In this document: positions 11,512-35,416 of the stretch, piece after piece
Layout of the letters: every line of letters starts with the position of its first letter
How positions within the stretch are numbered: position 1 is the stretch's first letter
Source of the DNA: Macrostomum lignano
Lineage: Eukaryota
Direction of reading: 5' to 3'
Length of the DNA: 35,416 nucleotides
Assembly: GCA_002269645.1 (NCBI GenBank)
Contig: NIVC01002135.1
Location: 1 to 35,416, forward strand
Notes under the pieces: generated by a model
Told to the model about the DNA's origin: nothing
Database searches by the model: none
The model's input: the letters and a program-made list of their open reading frames with translations, nothing else
Made by a program: the position numbers and the translations under genes

Positions 11512-13460
11512 TGGTGGTGGTGGTTCCCGGACATAGCTAGTCCGGGGGCGCGTCTGCGCCCTTATCCTATGGAGATACTTGAGCACGCGAGGCCGTCGTC
11601 TGCGGCGACGGCCAGCAACGGGTTTGGTCTGAGGACCTCTGCCCGGATGTCTTCGTGTGTCGGACATTGAATTATCGGGCGTTCGAGGTCCTCCTTGGCT
11701 TTGCTGCATGCTGAGCAGGTCGCGGATGGCTCCAGGCCGCATCGGTGGCGATATTTGTGCGGTGAGGAACTGGGCCAGAGTCACTTGGGCTTTGCGCCCG
11801 AAGCCCGGCGGTAGGCCTCCCAGGTATGGCAGAGCGATGCGTCGCGCAGTGCTGTTCATTGGCGTAGGCCTGGTTGAGGTCCGAGGCTACCAGCATAGCG
11901 ATGGCCGAACGGGTGCTGCGAAGGTTTAGTGGAGCGGGAGCCGAGCCGTGTCGCGCGCTGTGCTGTCCACCAGGTCGTCGAGCTGCAGGTCGCAGTGTCC
12001 GGAGACCCACTGTATGATTACGTCGTTACCCAGCGGGACTCTCCTGAGCAGAGCCCAGATTTCCCTGCAGCATGTCGAGAGGCGCGGTGGTGGGCCAGCG
12101 AGGAGGCTTCGGAGCAGTGACTGTGAGTCTGTCGCGGAGTGGAGCCGCCGATGCCCGGCCATGGCAGGATGTCGAGGGCCGCTTGTAGGCCCAGCCGGAG
12201 GGCGCACTCCTTGGCTCTGAAGGACGAGTGCAACTGCCAGCCGGGGCCTGTAGCCGTTGTAGTGGATGGCTGGGGACGATCAAGCTAGGGTTTCTAAGGT
12301 GGCGGCTCTACGGATGTGCGGCGGGTCCTCGCGGGACGTCGTGCGGCAGAGGTCCGGGGCATGCCAGGGCGGGATCGGCGCGTTGTCCATCTCTCTAGGC
12401 GCATCCTCGACGCCGGCGCGTCGGATCAGCGTCCTGGCGCCGAAGTGCCAGTCCCGGCGGAACCCGCCGTTGGCGTCATGGGCGCGAAGTCTCGGAGCGA
12501 TGTTAAGCTCGGCTAGCCGTCGGAGGGGAGTAAGCTGTCGTTGCCTCAGAGTCCTGTAAAGGAGGGTGACGCCAGCGGTCGCAGCACGCGAGGTATGAAG
12601 TTAATTAGAACCCGGCTTCTTGAAGGAGTGCCGCGATAGGTACGCACCGGCAGCAGCCGGTGATGACCCTGGTCGAGAGAAAAGTACACAACGACCGACT
12701 TGGTTCTTTCTGAGGTTCTGTTTCTTCCACCTTTCAGGTTTGGGACCACAACAAGAGCCGATCGGCCGCGCGCTGCAGAGTTTGCTCGCACTCATGGACA
12801 GTCGTTCCCTGAGCTTCAATGTGCCGTCGTCGGCGTATGCTATAGTCAGGACGTCCTCAGGCGCGCCATCTAGAAGGTCGTCGATATAGACGATCTACAA
12901 GGTCGGGGCGAGGACCGAGACTAGCTGAAGGAAGGCCATCGGAGAAGATAAGGATCCGGCTTCTGGTTCCGTCCCAGATGACGCGGGCGCGTCCGTCCGA
13001 GAGGAACCTTCTGAGCCATCGGTTCATGCAGGTGGAGACCCTTTTGCGGTGAAGTTTGACGGTTTGGGCATTTCGCCACACGCGGTTGTAGGCTCTCGAA
13101 AAATCACCGAGGAGAAGAGCTGAACGCTTTGCTGGCTTCTTCGCCTGCAGGCGGTCGAAGATGTACTGCGTGACGGCAGTGATTTGCTCCTCAGTGGAGC
13201 GGCACCCCAGCGGAAGCCGGCCTGAGCCGGGTTGATTAAGCAGCCGTCTTCAAGGAAGTGGGTGAGGCGTTCGTTGACCATCTTTTCAGCGACCTTCGCA
13301 ACGCAGGAGAGAAAGCAGATCGGGCGATAGTTGGCGGTGAGGTCCTGGTAGCTTCTGGTAACGAGACTCTGTCCAATCTGGAGGAGTTCAGTCTGTTTGA
13401 GGAGCCAGCCTCGAAGCTCAAGAAGTTCAGATTGGTATATGCGCATTCAGCCCAGCCTGA
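11512..13460 (-). mobile_element. 5'-truncated non-LTR retrotransposon (I-superfamily-like: RT, RNase H, C-terminal zinc knuckle)
   Basis: NYRPICFLSCVAKVAEKMVNERLTHFLE...QAGFR; YADD at 12826-12837; PIPPW; RNase H SSFRAKE, TDSQSLL, QWVSGHC; TCSACSKAKEDLERPIIQCP; (CCA)4 at 11512-11523 as probable tail. Confidence 0.9.
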
Positions 13461-14087
13461 AATATAGCAATTAATTCTTTGACGTTCAAAGCTGACAACT
13501 CAAAACTCAAAACTCGATCTGAACTCGCGACTCCTCACCGCATAATTTTGAAGTGTTAGCTCGTAATGGTGTAAAAGTTAATAAATATTATTACCAAGCA
13601 TAACAGTACGAGCACCAGTGTAGGCCCCGCACCCAGCATAAATAAAAACTTCATCTTGCTAAACAGTTATAGCTCGTATTTGTTCCAGTCGGCAATGATC
13701 CTAAAAAGGGATATTGCGAGGCAAAAATTTAAATCAGCCGCTGGAGTAAACTTGAGCTAGATAGTGTTCAATACATTTCTTGATACATACATATGTAAAG
13801 AAACAATCACTGTTTGATTAAAAAACAGTTTTTTGCACTTTTTAAAGTACTCTCCAGCTGCATACATGCCCTTCATCGTCCTCTCAAGCTATGTACGATA
13901 AAAGTTTTATCCCAGCCTCACTCGCCTATTATTTGTCTCGTTGGGCTACGAAATACGCTCGTATTATACTCCCATAACGGATTACCATAGAAAGTTTCTA
14001 ACATTTGATCTCCAAAAAATGAAAGCTCAGACTTCTTATCTTATCTGCCCTTACTTTTTACCAGTATATATTGCCCCATGCATGTAG

Positions 14088-15603
14088 GTTGACCTTAATT
14101 GGTACGATAATTATACGCGAAGTATGCTTCTCGCTGGACAAATTGTCTGCCTACTTGCTTTAATAAATCTTGTAATAGGAATTATCTGCGTTGTATCCCA
14201 TCTAGCGGACTTCGGCTCATGGACCCAGGTTATTGAGTATCTTCCAATCGTCACGGAGAATCCCAGATTATTAACAATACTGAAAGTCGCTGCATACGTT
14301 TATTTAGCCACTGGACTGCTGCAACTTGTGGCCAGCTGCACTAACGATCGCATTCTTTGGAGCTGCAGCCTTATCTGCCAGTGTGCTTTGTTCGGCTTCT
14401 CAATTTTCATGACGGTTTTCATTTTTAAGAACAATATGCGGACAAAATATTTTCTACAACATCAACTGGTAATGTTTTTGTTTGCTTTTGTTTTTCTTGT
14501 CCCTTTCTAAATGATGTTATTTCAAGTTTGCAGTGAACAAAAGCAAATTAAAGTTGACGAATTAAAGACAACTTTTTAGAGATTTCTGATACGAGTCTAA
14601 GGTAAGGGTCTATCATCATAATATCGTCCGTTTCAGCGAGGGTGCTGATATTTTGCTCAAGGGAACCTTGCAAATTTCCGAGCTTCGAAATTTGAAGTAA
14701 CAGCCCGTACATCAATTCGACGTCAGTCAACGTCGCTGACAAATATGTACTTTTACGTCGCACAGACGTTAAGCTGACGTATAACGTCGTTATTCGTCGA
14801 TGTAATGTAAAAGTAAATGCTGTAAATTTGTTAGCGACGGCGATAAACGTAGGAAACGTCTGCTGACGTAGCCGACATTGAATCGCTGTACGGCCAGGGC
14901 GTAAAAAGGAGCATACATGTCTTGATTAGTGAGAAACTTAATTAGTGATTGACATCCACTGGTCACGATGAAATGTTATGGCAAAATGCGGCCATTCCCC
15001 CCCCCTCGTCTACGCATCGTAAAGAGCAGTACAATAATAGGAGAGAGTTGACCTTGAAGAAATCCCAAATATGACGTGATTCATACGTATGAATGGTAAA
15101 AATAGTTACTAACAAATTATAAAATATTAAAATCTTAACTGCAGATTTCCCTGTACGGCTCGTACAATAAATCCCACGTGGTTGCGGAGTTTTTGGACAA
15201 CTTGCACGTCGTTCACCACTGCTGCGGCTATCAAAGCGACCATGCGGAGTGGCGCGGGCTGATTGGCCCCAACCGAGTGCCGGACTCCTGCTGCCACACC
15301 TCTGGCAGCATACACTCGAACGAACATGACCACGTTAGCGAGGAACACGAACCGATGCGTTCTCAAGGCTGCGGATACAACAATCAGTCAGTTTGGCTGT
15401 CAAGGCTGCACAATGCCGCATGTCAGTCGGTGCTGTGGGGTCTCTACGAGCCAATGGATCCTCTGGCTCAGTCGCTACTATTGCTGCTGGTTTATGTATC
15501 ATGGCTGGGCGTGCTTTTCAATTTCTACAAGGTTTTTCTCGCTTTCTATCTGGCTATTGAAGTGGGCAAATATCTGAGGTCGATGGACGCCCTCGCCGAC
15601 TGA
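14088..15603 (+). CDS. Tetraspanin family protein, join(14088 or 14124..14468, 15145..15603), 267 aa from ATG 14124
   Basis: Three hydrophobic helices in exon 1; phase-0 GT (14469) and CAG (15142-15144) join in frame; large loop with HHCCGY, PDSCC and two further Cys; fourth TM; stop 15601-15603. In-frame acceptor TAG| at 14085-14087 suggests an upstream start exon. Confidence 0.9.
14703..14899. mobile_element. Small foldback/MITE-like element in tetraspanin intron
   Basis: Nested inverted matches: CCGTACA/TGTACGG, CGTCGCTGACAAA/TTTGTTAGCGACG, TACTTTTAC/GTAAAAGTA; rich in ACGT palindromes. Confidence 0.6.
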
Positions 15604-15859
15604 CTGGCTGACTGGCTTGCTGGGAAACCAGACTTGCTATGGTCTCACATAGACATAGTGTAATCAGTTATGAAGTTTCCCGATATACGAACGTATGATC
15701 CCTGGTTCGTTAATACAATTTAAATCAGTTTTATAGACTATTTTGATACTCATCTCTTTATACCGATTTCTTTAATAATACGCTCGTAACATAGATAAAT
15801 CCTCTTTCCCCGGCCCTCGGGTCCTTAAAACTTCACAATAGCAAGCCGGCACGCTCAAG

Positions 15860-17280
15860 GTTTGTGTCTCTTCTCAACTCTTTTACCTACTCTCTCCCTT
15901 CTTCTCTGTTCTCTATTATCCTCTCCTCTCTTCTCTCATCTTTCCTCTCATCTTCTCTTTCCTCTCATCTCTCCTCTTGGCAACGATCTCGAGAAGCATC
16001 ACGTGAGCGGCCTTTGGACTCTATTTAAACGGGGGATTTTTCACTCAGAAACACTCAGACTTCGATCTCGATCAGTGCTGTCTACCACGGACACAGAGCC
16101 TATCGCTCCCGACTCGATTCCTTCTGTAGAGTCCTGTCCTACTGGAGCATCAATTTGATCAAGTGTCAGCATCATCCACGTGTCAGCTCTTCATCAACCG
16201 CCTCCAGGTTGTCGTAGTCTCTCTCTCTCTCCCTCTCCTCTCTCTTTACGGTAGGTTAAACTTTACAATATTGGCAAAATTTTTAACCTTAGTCCGATTG
16301 CAAACTTTGTGACCTTCGCTGTTGAACAAATTCAACAAAATTTCAACAAATTCCAACCAATTTCAACAAATTTGAAGAAGTCTAAAAAGCTAACGAACTG
16401 ACAAACTAGCAGGTACAAGCATCCGGGTTGACAACAATTTTCTCCAACCTATCACACTGGTTCTTAACTTCTTACTTAACTTATTTTAGTTTCACCCATA
16501 TTTGGTCTACAATTGGTAGCTAAGAACTTTAAAAAATCAGTTCATTTTGTTCATTGACATCTTGTTCATTTGACCTACATTGTATTGCTTCACAATATCG
16601 ACGCACTATGTCATTTGTTTAATTAACATTTCTTAATTGTACTTGAAAATATTGAACTTTATGCTCTCAACCCAACTCAATACCTGCATATCTCAATACG
16701 CTAGCTTTGACCTGTCGGAAGTATCGCAATCTATGGGTACGAGCTACAGGGGCTCTTCTTGAACTGAGTATCTGTACACCATAAAGTCTAGGTTCCCTCA
16801 TACTACTCTTAGCAGTCTAGCACGCTGGTGTTTTCGTCAGTAATAGCCGCCAAAGACCCCCGGGTGTAAATTACTCTGGTTAGTGCAACAGACTCCCGAT
16901 TAGCGTCCAAGCAGATCAGTCCCATATTCGGCTATAGGCTACTTTCCAGTCAGCTCAAACTCTCCCGATCATCAGAGCATGGCCCCTGTCTAGCTAGTTA
17001 GAGTGGGAAATGGCAGAGTGCCAGCAAAGGCACCTCAGCAACTGGAACGGTCTGTATAGAGCCTTACCATCAGACCCGAGCGCTACGTTGAAAATGCCTT
17101 TAAATCGGGTGGGTATAATCAGTTACCAAAGGCCTGTGCCGGCGTCAGTTTTTGTTGGGCTCCCGCAGTCCATCTCCCATTCGACACGAAGTCTCTGATT
17201 CCTGCCCTCCATATGCTACGGGATGGAAAGGCCGGATACTATAGCATTTGGGATACCTAGGTTTATCATGTTTTCGATGT
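15860..17280 (+). mobile_element. Diverged relative of the 7176-9385 element; ends not resolved
   Basis: Same order of parts: pyrimidine tract, TATTTAA 16022-16028, (CT)n then donor CG|GTAGGT 16251, exact 17-mer CCTCATACTACTCTTAG (16796-16812 = 8895-8911), TCCCGATCAT block. Confidence 0.55.
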
Positions 17281-17838
17281 CCAATACTCTTCCCCATAGC
17301 TAAACATTTTGCTTATCTTATTGCATTGACCGCATCATAAAGCTACGAATTTAATAAACCTCTTGCAAAAGTAGCTTTCTGGCCTAGTACGTACTCCCTT
17401 AGCAAAATTATAAAAATATTTGAGAAGACTTTTTTCCGCGCTTCTTTCTTATTATCGCGAAGTGGACAGACAAAAGAGTAGAGAGAGCGAAATAGAAAAA
17501 AAGTCGAGAAGGTGCAACCAAGTGCTGCTATTCTGTTCGGTACTGTGCATTTCCAACCAAGTTGGCTCTGGCACGCAACCCGGGGGGGGGCTTCATCGCT
17601 TCCAAAGAGAATAAGCCACTGCCCTGAGTACGCTATTGTAGTCGTGCTTGAAGAAAACAGGCAAAGACTGAGGGAGAGAGAGATAGAAACAACATAGATG
17701 TAGAGTTTAGAGAGGCGTCTCTGAATATTTAACTAAAAGCTAGATTGCTTCAGAGGGGTTAAACCCTAATTTTGAGATACGCGCTACGCAAAATTCTTTC
17801 TTAATCAAACAAGGATATTGAGTAGCTGTTTAGAAATA

Positions 17839-25412
<7,574 letters not shown>

Positions 25413-27357
25413 GGATCTGAGCGATCAGCTATGCAATGGGGGAGGGGGCAAATCCATTGCTTTACTCTGAAAATTGTTCTAATACAGCATGCATTGTATT
25501 GTAGGAAAAGCAGTTCTACATATTGCCGAACCGTCCCTAATTTTTGAGTACCAATATATCTTTTTGTGACTGGGTTAGTTGAATGTGTACTTTTAAACAC
25601 CGCCGCAAATCAAGGTGACTACTCGTCATTCTGTACTTTTGTGATGTAGCTCCGCGGAGTCAATTAGATGTCTGAAGTAATTTACAGTTGGGTCAGAGAC
25701 TTATTTAAAATGAATTCAAAACTTCTGGCCTTAACACATCAAAAGATTTGGTGGCTCAAAGCAATGCTTCAGTAACAATGCGAGTTCTTTGGAAAATAAG
25801 CCTAGAAGACGATCTTTGATGATGGTAATTCTTCTAATAATTCTTAGACCCTTGATTTATTGTAAATGCACGGGTTCAAAGTTGGCCAAAATGTTATCGA
25901 GGGATTTAAAAGTACAGCCGCAACTGCATATAAACTATCGTATGAGCAAAATATTGCAGCGATCCCTGCTTCAAATGTATTCTTTTCCGTGATATTCTTT
26001 TCTTAAAAAGCCAGTCCTTGTTGTGCAAACAATGGTTCAAAACTTTTGTTGCTGGTTAATGTGCTCAATATTTTTTAACTCTCATTATCTTTTCGATTTA
26101 TATGTGTATGACTTTTTGTAAAGCAGCAATGTATTATTTTTCGAAATTGACATATTTGTTGAACTTAATAAACTTAATTTTCACGAGGTGAATCTTCCAA
26201 CTGAACTCGAATTCTTATGGCCTTTGGCAGGAGGTGAAAAAATATGAAATGTTTTTATGGCAAGAGGTAACTTTATATAAATGGATAGAGTACAGTATGT
26301 CATCATACATGTATGTCATAATATTGAACGTAGCTTTATTTTGTAGTTAACTCTAGTGAAAATAATTATTCACACCGCGCTTGTTTATTTTATATTGTAG
26401 AATCCATTATGCCTTCACCAGCAAACAATTTTCTGTCATGCCTTTTGATCAATACGGTTACACGCCCACAGATTATGAGTAATGCATTGATTATACAGAG
26501 ATACAGAGATTGATTAAGAGTTTATTCTTTTCGCGAATTTATCTTTGCTTGATGCTAAAATACAATCTGCTTCAGAGAAGAAAAGTTCAAATTTTTTACT
26601 TCTCGGTACCCTGATGATACTCGTAAAATGTTTAAAAAATACTTGTGTCAATCATAAATGTGTTAATAATGCACGTGTTCTGATGCTAATTACAGTTAGA
26701 AAAGTTTAAAACGCACCACTATTACAGTGGCGGATTCAAAACTTTATCTGAAATAACTTGGAAGCTCACTGACATTTTCCTTGTCACATGGCCTGCGTAC
26801 GTTTGCAAGGTCCTGAGCTCCTTACTTGGTACAAACGGTCACAGATTCTCGACAGAATCGAATCTCTATAGGTTTTGCTCTATAAAAATCTATGTACAGG
26901 TGTAATTTTTTTACGATAAGTAAGAAGCTGTCGTTCTCGTTTGTCCAGCCTCCCTAGCTGATTTTAGTAGTAATACAAATGTATTTCTATTTTTTCCTTT
27001 TACCCAAACATTAGAAGTCTAGCGCCGCTTCTCTTACTCTTAGTGTACTAATGGAAGTATGTCCATAAAAAATTAGGTAGGAAACCAAGTGTAATTTCTG
27101 AAGTTCCGAGGTCGTCGCATATAGTATCGAGGCGAGAGAATTATAAGTTAGCTTCGGAAAAGCTTCTTACAATTGGTATTAAGCAGACCTCACGAGCGTA
27201 AAGTCTTGACCTATAGGACACTCTTATAGCATGATGTTATGCAGGCTTCGATAAAATATCCCATTCAATAATTTACAAAACAAAATCAGGTGTGGCAGCA
27301 CCACATAGTTTATGTACAGGTCCGTTCGGTATTGTTAAAGTCAGTCAACTTCCAGAA

Positions 27358-34712
<7,355 letters not shown>

Positions 34713-34742
34713 CTGAGAATGTGTTTGTTGGGTGAATTATTG

Positions 34743-35416
34743 TCATGAGACAGGGGCGCTCAATAAGAGACAGGGGCGCGCCAGAGACAGGGGCGCCCAC
34801 CAAGAAACAGGGGCATGCACCCAACGAGAGACAGGGGCACCCACCGAGAGACACGGGCGCCCACCAAAAAACAGGGGCATGCACCCACCGAGAGACACGG
34901 GCGCCACCAAAAAACAGGGGCATGCACCCACGAGAGACACGGGCGCCCACCAAAAAACAGGGGCGCCCACCAAGAGACAAGGGCACCCCACGAGAGACAC
35001 GGGGCCCACAAAAAACAGGGGCGCCCACCAAGAGACAGGGGCGCCCACCAAAAAAACAGGGCGCCCACCAAGAGACAGGGGCGCCCAACAAAAGACAGGG
35101 GCGCCCACCAAGAGACAGGGCGCCACCAAGAGACAGGCGCCCACCAAGAGCAGGCGCCCACCAAGAGACAGGGACGCCAACCAAGAGACAGGGGCGCCCA
35201 CCAAGAAGACAGGCGCCCATCAAGAGACAGGCGCCCACCAAGAGACAGGGACGCCAACCAAGAGACAGGGCCCACCAAAAGACAGGGGCGCCGACCAAGA
35301 GACAGGGGCACCCACCAAGAGACAGGCGCCCATCAAGAGACAGGCGCCACCAAGAGACAGGGGCGCCAACCAGAGACGGGCGCCAACCAAGAGACAGGGA
35401 CGCCCACCAAGAGACA
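34743..35416. repeat. GC-rich ~20-bp minisatellite GAGACAGGGGCGCCCACCAA (gene B intron 1)
   Basis: Tandem variants to the window end. Confidence 0.96.

Noticed and set aside
11290-11859. 189-aa ORF as a stand-alone gene
   Set aside because: Mosaic of LINE 3' end and Ngaro gag in mixed frames.

Overview
Repeat-rich animal (invertebrate) nuclear DNA with spliceosomal GT-AG introns; no prokaryotic features. A free-living-flatworm-like origin is only a guess. Bases 1-13.5 kb are mostly decayed retroelements: a Ty3/Gypsy gag-pro fragment with a -1 frameshift signal, two DIRS/Ngaro fragments, an RNase H-bearing LINE nested in one of them, an LTR-like promoter-bearing element and MITEs. The right two-thirds holds three host genes rebuilt by hand from splice sites and frame continuity: a two-exon tetraspanin (+) and a convergent pair of highly divergent ionotropic glutamate receptor (iGluR)-like paralogs. 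Gene A (+, 17839-25412) has 11 exons and 837 aa and is complete. Gene B (-, 27358 to at least 34712) has 9 exons in the window, its signal-peptide exon is missing, and there is one phase conflict. Both keep the ligand-binding Arg but rewrite the near-invariant SYTANLAAF gate (AYVTNYAAT / AYVGNYAAM) and differ from each other at ligand-contact positions. Their introns carry Tc1/mariner elements, SINEs and several unrelated micro- and minisatellites, which account for most long ORFs in the track.
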